Assembly: GCF_008831285.2 (NCBI RefSeq)
Contig: NC_045138.2
Location: 10,788,001-10,852,000 of the forward strand
Direction: 5' to 3'
Length of the DNA: 64,000 bases
From: Nymphaea colorata
Lineage: Eukaryota
This document shows, piece after piece, positions 53,701 through 64,000 of the stretch; position 1 is the first letter of the stretch; the number at the start of each line of letters is the position of its first letter. The notes under the pieces are model-generated. The model saw only the letters and a list, made by a program, of their open reading frames with translations, made no database searches and was not told the origin of the DNA. The translations under genes and the position numbers were made by a program.

Positions 53701-54379
53701 AGGTACCAAGGACTTTTGGAATTTGATGAAAAGCATTAAGTGAGTGTTTATACCTTTTTAGGGTCTAGTTTGGAATGAGAAGAACATTTTGCAGCAAATA
53801 AAAAACCAAAAATTTTCCATTTTAGGGCATCCTTGGATTGAGAGACTCATACCCATTGTGCCTTCTTCTTCTTCCTTTTTGTAAGCTCTCCTTCATCATG
53901 CTCTAGTGGACAATTAATAGTGGCTTTTCTTCACCTATCTTCTTCATGTATATTTTTTTTCTATTTTCTCATATTATTTTTTGTATTTGTATGTATGTTC
54001 ATTGCTAGCTTTATAGGGTTCAACATGTTGAAGGAGGTTTTCTTTGTGTTTGGCATGGCCAAGCGTCCACTTTTGCACTAGGTTGAACCTCTCCTACCAC
54101 TAGCACACCTCATCTTCCTCACATATTCTTAGTCCTCAACTCGCATTTAGCAAGTTGTTGCACCACAGACGACTTCACAATTAAATGAGAATCTATATTG
54201 TGATTAGTCCATGTTTATCTTTATTCTCAATTAATCCTCTCTAGTTACGAAGTATTACCCAAATATATAACCAATTATTTATCAGACTAGACTTAGATAT
54301 TCATGTAGATTGTGGTTTAGATTGGGCACCATCCCTAGAATTTTAACATTTGTTGATTAGGTATTGTGTCTTCCTTAGA

Positions 54380-54750
54380 TCAAGCCCCATCTTTTGGAAA
54401 ACAAAGTGGGAAAAGATGGCATCCATATCCTCTTAAAGAATTTGAGTTATGTAATATGGCCAATGTACTATGTATAATATTGTTGCATGGAGTCTTTTTC
54501 TGGTCTTCAAACTCCTCTTTATGAGCTATAGGATCTATAGTAATGATATATAACATGAAATCACTAAATGTATCGGCATTGATTTTCATGAAACATTTGC
54601 GATCAAGTGAATCAAGATGTGTTAAAAGTCTACATCATGACACAACAAACAACTTTGAAATTGACTATTTATTTACTAAACTGTTTAACTGCTCTTATGT
54701 AGTTTGCAAACTTGGTACAAGAGACCTGTATACACAAGTTTAAGAGGGTA
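54380..54750 (+). mobile_element. Old Copia RNase H / 3'-end relic
   Basis: PIFWKTK...ASISS*EFE, HEITKCIGIDFH (compare [12 protein letters not shown]), LFTK...KLGTRDLY, then a PPT-like taagaggg. Confidence 0.55.
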
Positions 54751-57745
54751 TATTGTCATTATTTTTTCATTAAAGAAGATAATGATGCCACCATGCATAT
54801 CGTGTACTACCTTCCTAATTGATAATAACATTTGCTATTGCAAGAGATATCATGTGATATTATGTAATTAAGTACATAAAGAAAATATGGATTTTTAACA
54901 AGGTGTTGTGGAATTCATTTTCTCAGCAGCATGCCCACAAATATGATATGGAACTTTCCTTTGGAATTTCCTTGATTTGAGGAATGGTCAAGAGCTATGA
55001 ATATTCAAATCTAAATTAACTTTTTAAAAGTGATCTACCTTTTTGTCTTGATTCCTTTCCATTGGCTAGAGAAACTAATTAATATATTCAATGAAATTCA
55101 CCAATATCTTATACTTAGTGCATGATATTATAATTCTGGTGAGGAGTCAAAAAGAAAGTTTAGGTGACCTATATTCTTGTTAGAGGAATGCTTCTGACAC
55201 AAAGTCTTTTTCTGTTAAAGTGCTTTCAAGATGTGACATGGACTTCCTAAAATATTTGAAAAGAAAGCCTCTTCTGAGCATGTCCAGGAACTTACTGAAA
55301 TTATTGAAGAGTAAGCCAATTTGGATGCCCAATTTAATGTAATTTTTTGTTTTTGTCATTCTTCCATTATGTTTATCACTTTTTATGGTTGTATACATGT
55401 GGCCTTCTTCAGTGTCGTGCAATTTGAAATATGAACCAAGTATCATAACTAATGTGCTACTTACAATAAATGTAGCATATCTAAATCCTCAATTGTGCAC
55501 TTATGCTTGGTTTTTTTAGAGGATTGGCAATGAGAAAGTTTCATTCAAGAATTTGAAAACATTGTTCAACTGTCTGTTAAGATATGAGATAATAGAGTTA
55601 CCTAGTACCATTAACTTTTTCTCATATTGTGAAACTTGTGAGACTAGATGATAAAAAGTTTTAGATAACTTTCCTTCATAAATGTTATCTTAAGTTCCAT
55701 GATCATAAAGCTACATTTGTTTTTTTTTTCTTGTTTATCATTTATTTGTTACCATTGGTATCATTTTTGTTACAATATTATTTTGCAATAGTTCAGCAAC
55801 AATGATGTTGCATTTGTACTTGTTCCGTAGAATTCATCTTTCCTATAGGTGCTGGGTAGGTTACTAGAAGGATCTTGCGTAATAATAATATGAAATGTAG
55901 TAAGGACATCTTTGTTAGCATTTTTTTCTACATGTATAGTCATGTCTCATTCTCCCTGATTTTTTTGCTCTCCTCTTTTGTCTAAAAGTTGTAGGTGTTT
56001 GTGAATGTAGCAGCAATTGTTCACAAAGATATGTGGGCTGCAATATAGATTGTTTTGCATGCTTCAAACAAGAATGAAATATGTCCACCAAATATGTGTG
56101 GTGCTATTAGATAGTAAAGTAACTACTACACTTTGTCATGTCTTTGCATAATATGGGTTGTTTTGCATGTTTTAAATAAGAATGAAATCATACAATGGAC
56201 AACTATGAGAATCAATTTTTTTTTAGAAAACATTTAGTGGGGATAGTGGTTTGTGACACTTTTTCACTATGTTACTTAAAAGACTGCGTACCAGCCTTGT
56301 TTTTCTATAACACCAAGTGTCTTTCTGTAATGCATTTTGCTGTCACTAGGAATAGGTAATTGATTTCATTTTTAGTAATGTTGCTACATATCTATAACAC
56401 TAAGTGTCTTTCTATATGTTTGGTAATGCACTCGGTAGCATGGATTTCATGTTACTGAATAAGTCTTGCCGAATGTTAAATTTCTTTGCATACTCCATTC
56501 ATCCACATACATCATGAATGCACCAATTGATTGAATGGATTGCTTTTTCTTGATAGGTACTGGAGCGGCATATAAAATAGTTAGGAGTGCAAATTTAGTA
56601 AACTTGACCAAAGATTTCCAGTACAAGCCATGACTCTAACTAAGTGCCTAGATAGCCTCAACACAAAAGGATTTGGCTAGCTAGAAGGGAGCAACATTAC
56701 AAGGATGGACTGGCAATGGTGAAGTCGCATATTGTCAATTTGATATTCTATGAGTGCAGCGCCCCTATTGTCAGTTTGACTTCCTACAAGTACAATATTT
56801 GTATATATGTGGGGTAGGACCATTGTGCTAGCCAAGCGAAGTAGATTAGGCTTGCATTCTTAAAACTGAAGCAGCTGTAGACCTTAGGTAAGGGGAAGGG
56901 GAGAGATTTGGCCCTCGAGAACCAGTGGGTCTTCTCACATGCTCACCAAATATAAAAGGGACATTTGTTGCACTAGTCTATCCTCAATATGGACTCTAGA
57001 ATGCAGTGAAAAGAAAAAGCTAACAATTATTTTATAACCAGTATATTCTTCATTGGGTTTATGCCCTTTATTAAGTTAGCATTTAGATAACACGTTAAAA
57101 AAATGATTTTTACTAAAACATGGTTTTATAAAAAGATTTGTTAATGTGTTCTTGAAAACATAGTTTGTATGTTTAGGTGGGCATGAACACCCAAGTCTAG
57201 AGTGAATAACCTTTGGATGGGGGAGAGGGGGGAAGGAGAGGGCGAGGGGAGAAGCGGGGAGAAGCGGGGAGGTTTTCTTTAATCATGTAAAGATGGTGAA
57301 AAACAGTGGTTTTTTAAAGACACCATTTTTAGTCCACTCAAACATGCCAAAAATAGGGTTTGGGAGGCAAAAGGACATTATTTTTGCATACAAAACACCA
57401 TTTTTGTATGCATCTGAACATGCCCTAAACTTCTAACAGCTGCCACTAACTCTTCTTTCAACCATTCTTTCATTGCAGTATAGATGTCTGATGCAGTCAA
57501 ACACTTTTAGCCTTTGATGGATAATTGTTATGGAGAGGGATGCCTAACTTATTTACCAGTAAGTTCCTCAAACCTAATCATTGCTTCCACAAGTAAATCC
57601 ATATGATTCATTAAATCAACATCTTATAAAGAGATCTAGATCTTTCCATCCCATTTTGCTGAAGGCATCTTGGTTTTGAGTGTTAAATATGCATCTTTTT
57701 GGGTTTCATCACTTATACAGAGAAAAGAAAAAAAAAAGGATGGGA

Positions 57746-57932
57746 CTAACTGACAATGGCCACGAGATTTGCTAGATGACCAAAACTGCCGGCACTCTGA
57801 ACTTCTCCACTTGTTGCAACGCTCGTCGTCTCTTGCTTGTGGCCAGCAGTTTGTGACATGTTTTGCTTCAGACCTTTACAGGACCTCATGTGGGATCCCA
57901 GCTTCTCCGGTTTGAACTTCTTCCCACACTGC
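57746..57932 (-). CDS. SOK1: Terminal exon of a SOSEKI1-like (DUF966) gene, C2HC zinc finger
   Basis: Acceptor tttttcag|G, then QCGKKFKPEKLGSHMRSCKG...stop. Resembles the SOSEKI1-type C-terminal CSQCGKxFKPEKxxxHMxxC motif as remembered. Confidence 0.72.
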
Positions 57933-58047
57933 CTGAAAAAATTTAAGTAACTATTTATCATCACTCTAATCATATTATTTGAAGGGAGAAGAAAGAAATT
58001 AAATAAAACTTTAAATATCAACCAAAAAGCAGTCGGTTCCCTTGTAT

Positions 58048-58049
58048 GT

Positions 58050-58093
<44 letters not shown>
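58048..58093. repeat. (TA)n microsatellite
   Basis: Read directly from the sequence. Confidence 0.9.
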
Positions 58094-58098
<5 letters not shown>

Positions 58099-58117
58099 AA
58101 ACTATTTTTTCAACCAT

Positions 58118-58500
58118 GAAATCCCCCTCAAAGGAGACAAAGGGTCTCTTTTTGGGAAACTCATTTGTTTCCATTCTTATCTTTCTCTCTGTACTCATTT
58201 GAAAAATATTTCAGACTCTAAGGAAAATTGCTTGACTTCTATATTTGCAAGTTAATTTCTACTATATGATATTTGGAATCAATGGGCCACATGATTAGGA
58301 TCAGGTCTCGTATAAGAGTGAAATCTTACTCAAAGGAGTCAAAGGGTTTCTCATAAGGAAACTCATTTGTTTTTTTTTCCTTCTTTATCTCTCTATCCTC
58401 TTTTGAAAAATATTTCTGACTGTTGAAAAGTAGTTTTTCATATTTGCAACTTAATCTCCAACTATCTTGCTGGAATCAATAGTACAAATGATTCATATCA
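58118..58500. repeat. Diverged ~200-bp tandem duplication in the intron
   Basis: gaaatc...ctcaaaggag.caaagggt...ggaaactcatttgttt...tttgaaaaatatttc...atatttgcaa.ttaat...ggaatcaat at 58118 and 58320. Confidence 0.8.
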
Positions 58501-59629
58501 AGTTTTATATGCAACTTAATTTCCACCAATCTTTCTAGCTATCTAGGGTAACCCAATTCACTCATGAAAAATTGAATATTCACTCATGAAAAACTGCATC
58601 ACCTATTGTGATGGGCAGTTGAAGGAAAAACAAGGAGAAATAAGTGTGAACCAATAATAATTGCAAAATTGTTGTCACCTTTGTCTTCTTGTTTTTCTCT
58701 CAATTGCTCTTAATGATAGATCGAACAGCCCTCAGTTGTGTGTGTGTGTGTGTGTCTATGTATATATACATATAGAAGAGTAGCCATAATTTGGTAGATG
58801 CGATCTATATATATTTTTTAATGCATAAGAGACTTTGATGATATAACATCAAAATTTGATGAATGATGAACATTCACGATTTTCTTTCAAAGGAAACATA
58901 ATTCAATTCAGGATTCTTAACAAGAGAAATATGTTATTTGTTTATACCATCAGATACTTGAATATATCAAATCATTCAGATCAGGCCGCACGCAAAACTC
59001 GAGGGAACACATTGAGAATATGTATTAAGCAATAATAAGAGTAGTACGGTGCGAACAATTATGAATCATCCAATTAACCTGATTTCATAGTTAACTGAGT
59101 CACGAACAACTTTTTTTTTCTTAAAGTGCCAAAGTAACTAATACTTTGAGTTTTGAATAAATAATTTATATTTGGCACCTCGAATATAATATACAAAATT
59201 GATTAGACGACCAATTGATATGTATAATCCTCATATTTATTTTCGTCTATCTGCCTGTGTATGGTCCCAACAAAAAAATAGCTACCAAATGTTCTCTGTT
59301 GAAACCAATGGATGCGATTAAATTCTTTCAGTGAAAAACCGCACTAAATGTTAATGGTGAAGATCTAAAATTCTTTCATCAAATTAATTAGGTCCGTGCC
59401 AAAATTATGTTTCTTCTAGAAAAGTACTAAGAAATAATTTATATGCTTAATGTTGTATTTAAAAAAAGCAATATTCTGATACGAAAGATCAAAATGCCCA
59501 AACAAAAAGGCTACATACCATTTCAACATAGACAATATGTACTGAATATGAATCGTTCAATCAATTTAATTATTGGTTGTTAATAAAGTCCTACTTACAA
59601 AATTACTTTTTCAGAAAGGTGGATGGAAA

Positions 59630-59958
59630 GTGGGCCCGGGCACTGGGCTGAGTAACCAAAGGAAACCCTCTACCCAGCCTGACTCAGGCCCGGGCCCAGG
59701 CCCAGACCCAGGCCCAAAAATTGGGTATCGGGCTGTACTTGGGCCGGCTTGATAACTTGTCGGGCAGGCCCGGTGGGTCAAACTCAACTTTAGATATATT
59801 ATTCCAACTCTAATTCATTTTTACGTATAATTATATATATTATTATGATTTATCAAATTTGTATATTGTTTCATATTTAAAAATATATTTTTTTAATGTT
59901 AATGGGCCCAGGCTCAAGCCACAGTTATAAGCTGTGGCCCGACCCATTGCTCAGGCCT
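59630..59958. mobile_element. Putative hAT-type MITE remnant
   Basis: Dense ggccc/gggcc motifs around an AT-rich core, ending cccattgctcaggccta; left TIR not found. Confidence 0.45.
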
Positions 59959-59984
59959 AAATTAGAAAGTTTATTAGTTTTGGG

Positions 59985-60185
59985 TGAGCATGAGGGTTAT
60001 CCCATCACCCGAGTGAGAGCCGAAACCCCTCTTCCCCTTGTCCGTAGGGTTTAGAGTTAGAGTTGCATCGGTACTGAGCAGTGAGATCTCCACATAGAGA
60101 CCCTTGGTACAGGAGCACAGGCCCCTGTGGGTTGAACCTGAGACAAGTCACATAACTAGCCCGCCCATTCCGCTTAGGGCTAAAG
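59985..60185 (-). mobile_element. Putative tRNA-derived SINE
   Basis: Minus-strand A-box-like tagccctaagcgg (60170-60182) and B-box-like ggttcaaccc (60129-60138). Confidence 0.35.
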
Positions 60186-62509
60186 TTCATTACTTTGATA
60201 TAAAGTAACTTTACAGATAACTCTTTTCCAAATGTCAATGAAGGTTGATCAAATGAAGTAACAGACTACATAGTTATCATATTTGTTTTAGACCAAATCT
60301 GGTTTCTACTATTGCAATGTACTGATTTGGTTTAGTAGACTTGGCATTTGAACAGCTGAATCTATCAATTCATTGGTGACTGGAGACAAATTGCCAACAA
60401 TGCAATCACATCTTAGAGGCTCAAACAGATGTTTCTCGCTTAGCTGCAAAATACAAATAGTAATACTAATGAATATATCTTCTGCCGGATATTGTTTGGA
60501 TGGCTAAAAATTTTAGTCAATTGCTTATCTATCAGGAACTGTTCAAAATTATTATAAGCTATCCCTAACCAATGAACCATTGCTATTTAATGATGGTTTC
60601 AAATTTTTTTAATCATCTCACAATATCAGCAACTTTATCAGCCGGTTGATTATATATACATAATATAGTATAGTTTTTAATATCTAATCTTCTAGATATG
60701 ATCTTAAGAAAAAGTTGATGGGAAACATATATTAAGTTAATCATTTTTTAAAAATAAAGTATATATTTTATAATATGCAAAATTGAATGGCTCATTAGCA
60801 TCTCGATTTTGAATATGGAGATATCCCCATATTTCATAAAAACAACTTAAACTAAAGTATGTTTGCTATCAAATAGTTCAAATTGTTCTTATATAGAGAG
60901 TGGAAAGAATCCGTTTAGTATATTTTTGGACACATCCAACATCCATGTAACTAACGTTATTTTTTAAGGGGGAAAAAGGTTGAAAACCACCAAACCCTTC
61001 GTAAATTGTTGACGGACATAATTTAATGGTTGTGCTTATTCCATGAGTTGTCAATAATTCCTTAAATAGTTTCATTCAACGCGCTTAATTCTTTGAAAGT
61101 CTAGAAGGGGACATAAATTAATATATAAAGTCAACGTTCACTATATTCAAATTAATCCTTGCCAATGGCGTCATGAAAAAAGTTTTTAAATATTTTACTA
61201 GAATATTAGCTCGTCAATCAATTGTTTAGTTGGTAGATCATAAATATCTTGCGTCATCGTCGATCAATACTTTTTCATTTTTCTTTTCTAATGTCAACTT
61301 TAAATTATAAAACGATTGGGTCTGATAGCGATCAGCCTCCTATTCAAATGTTAGGACCGTCAACTCTCTATGCCTAGAAATTTACTATTCTTTGTCCAAA
61401 TGCTAATGTTTTTACATTTAGCTTTCAATGCTAAGCAAAAAATTCATGTCATCCCCTTTATTTGACAGTTCTCATGTAAATTGTAGTATTTTTATAACAT
61501 TTATAAAAATATGTCTCTGTTTTAAAATTATGGGCAAATATTAGGTTCGTAAGCAATTTTTTTTGCTCCAGATATTTCTAGGACTTGGCTTTTAGCACAG
61601 CCCAGTCAAATAAGAAGTCAGATGCCGATTGGGGTACAACCCCACTGCCTACAACTAAACTATTTTTGTCTGATTAAAATAAGAAATATATTTTTAATAT
61701 AATTTAATATATATGTATATATATAAATATACCAATTATATATAAACATATATATGTTTAAACAAAGTATAAAACAAGTTATTAGGCTGACTTCGGTCTG
61801 CCCACTGCCCAATTTTAAGGCCCGAAATAAACATGAGTTAGGCAAGAAAAGAGATACCTGCCGGAGACCTGGTTTGTAGGCAACAGTGGTCCATCAGGTT
61901 ATATACTCTGTTTCCCACAGCAAAGGCTGTTATCCAAAACCATCCTTTTTACCTTTTAATTAGTCACTTAACCTAGCAACTATGTGTTTACTTTTATTTA
62001 TTTCTTCTTTCAATACTTTAATTATATGAAGTAATTAAAACAAGTGGGATCAGCTTAAAGGAGCTTACTTACCTGACCGTAAGTTCGCTTACTCAATTTA
62101 AATGGGTCAAGCCAGAACACAGCTCAACTCTAAGCTCGTACAATATTTAAAGTTTAATCGAACTACATATTGAGCTCACATGGTAAGTGTTCTCAGTTTT
62201 AGCTGAGCCCACTTTATGGCAAGCAAACTAAATTCATGGACTCGATCCGACATCAAGTTGACAAAGCACCCACATTACACAGAGGGGCTCGACAGGACGG
62301 ATTGACTCTGCAATTCCAAGTGCTTATATGCACCGTTCGGAGTAAAAAGAAATTGGTCAGTATACCTTAAAAATACAAAGGGTTAAAAGAAAGGGGAAAA
62401 AGTGAAAAGTCTAAAGAATATATATATTTTTTGAAAAATCTCTAAAATACCAAACTTCTTCCCTTTTTTTTTTTAACGTATATATCAGCTGTGTGGTGCA
62501 CTCACCCTC

Positions 62510-62720
62510 CAGGGGCAGAGCCAATTTTTTTATGAAGAGATCAAATTATAATTTCAAAATTTTAACAAGAGCCAAAATATAATTTTTTTAAATTTTTATA
62601 CAAGATAAATGAATTTTTTAAATATATATATATATATATATATTAATTTTGAGATGAAAGGTGGTGGGGGGTGGGGCTCTAAGCCCCTCGACCGAACACA
62701 TATTGGGTGAGCTCGCCACT
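62510..62720. mobile_element. Putative MITE remnant
   Basis: GC-rich ends ggggcagagcc ... agctcgccac around an AT-rich core. Confidence 0.3.
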
Positions 62721-62931
62721 TTGTTTAATCTTCTATTTTATCTTCATAAGTTGGTTCTTTTTCATTCTTTTCAAGGGCGTTCGGCACCCGAATATGTTTG
62801 GGCTTAAATATTTAACCAGCTTCGCAATTTATGCCTGGGAATTTTTTCAAAATGACAAGGCAAGGTTTGTGCTTCACGATAGAGAGACCATACAGGATGA
62901 AATGCAGAAGGGAAACTGAGAAGTATCTTAC

Positions 62932-63033
62932 GAGCACGTTGGTTCGGGGCGAGGTCGGTAATCTTCTGAGAAGGAAGACTTCTGATTCTTGCCGGCCCCC
63001 GTTCTCTTTTTTCGGGCGCTCTCGTCGCTTTTC
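62932..63033 (-). CDS. SOK1: Penultimate coding exon (102 bp) of the SOSEKI1-like gene; upstream exons not identified in this window
   Basis: tttgacag|G...TGCTC|gtaaga. Encodes KSDESARKKRTGAGKNQKSSFSEDYRPRPEPTC and splices in phase to 57932, completing CSQC...H...C. Confidence 0.7.
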
Positions 63034-63062
63034 CTGTCAAAGCAGCAAACGGTGTCAATAAC

Positions 63063-63067
<5 letters not shown>

Positions 63068-63156
<89 letters not shown>
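63068..63156. repeat. Compound (AT)n(AG)n microsatellite
   Basis: Read directly from the sequence. Confidence 0.95.
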
Positions 63157-63157
<1 letters not shown>

Positions 63158-64000
63158 GTTGGTAAAAAAAAACCATACTAGGTAAATGACAAAAACTAGA
63201 CCTATTAAAATTAATTATTAAAATATTGTGTTTGCAATCTGTAAGGTTATAGATATAATTTTAAAAGTAATTATGTGATAAACATATATTAACTTAGTCA
63301 ATTTCTTACATCAATAATGTTTTTTAATAACAAAAAATAAATGACTCTTATAACATCAAAATTGTGGATAAGTTTGACTTTTTTTTGACAAAAATTATCT
63401 GAATTAAAGCACCATTTACATTAAATTAGTGTTTATAAACATATTAAAAGGTTCACATTTTGTTTATAACACTTTTAATACACTTTATTCAAGCATTGTT
63501 AAAGCAACCTGATCTTAAAGTGTGATTTGATGTAAAACATACATTAAGTCCATCAGCTTTTGAGTTTAGCAATTCACTCAGTTTCCTGTATATAAAAAAG
63601 AAATTGTATAACTTGGAGAACTTAGGTGTTTGATTACTTGGGATTTCAAATCCATTCATTTGATTTGGATCTGATATGACAAAAGATCCAATGTAAAATC
63701 TTTGGTTCATTAAACTAGGGATATTACTTCAACCTAAAATTGATACTTAAAAGATCCGTATGTTCTTCTTTGCATTGAAAAAATGTGGGATTTAAGATTA
63801 AAAAAGAAGTTTTGCTGTTAAACCCACTATTGAAGTTCTCAAATCCAAGGCTATCAATTAAAACTGAAACTATTGAAATTATAAACATAAAAATGCTTTT
63901 CAACTGGTTATCTATTACGAATAACCTTTTGTTAAGTTGGCATGTATTGATCAATCAGATTTTTTTCATGCGCAATATATATATGTGTGTAAACTAGTGA

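Noticed and set aside
53100..54350. Possible solo or 5' LTR upstream of the Copia RNase H relic
   Set aside because: No partner LTR, TSD or clear PBS could be identified.
55000..55700. Possible LINE RT remnant
   Set aside because: Only faint motif echoes; too degraded to support without an HMM search.
45100..57700. Numerous 60-90 aa ORFs
   Set aside because: AT-rich, mostly non-ATG starts, with no recognisable domains or consistent splice pattern; expected by chance.

Overview
AT-rich flowering-plant nuclear DNA dominated by nested, mostly decayed transposable elements. From left to right: (1) a rearranged, RT-deleted L1-type LINE (about 1-10940, +), interrupted by a complete but decayed Ty1/Copia element (5707-10586, -, 303-bp LTRs); (2) an intron-containing SKU5/SKS-like multicopper-oxidase gene fragment; (3) an intact single-exon PPR gene (16827-18266, -); (4) a second, truncated Copia and a CACTA transposase relic; (5) a ~20-kb Tat/Ogre-type Ty3/Gypsy element (about 25086-45089, -); (6) old TE debris; (7) the last two coding exons of a SOSEKI1-like gene (-). 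The most unusual object is a 3576-bp insert (29895-33470) that splits the Ogre integrase between the codons for YYPQ and CNG. It carries an uninterrupted 943-codon protein-primed family-B DNA polymerase of the mitochondrial linear-plasmid type, bracketed by 51-bp inverted repeats and a hairpin/repeat cluster. The simplest reading is a young mitochondrial or plasmid-derived insertion (NUMT). Capture and spread by the retrotransposon, or a mobile polB cassette, are testable alternatives. Family assignments come from motif recognition by eye; no database searches were run.
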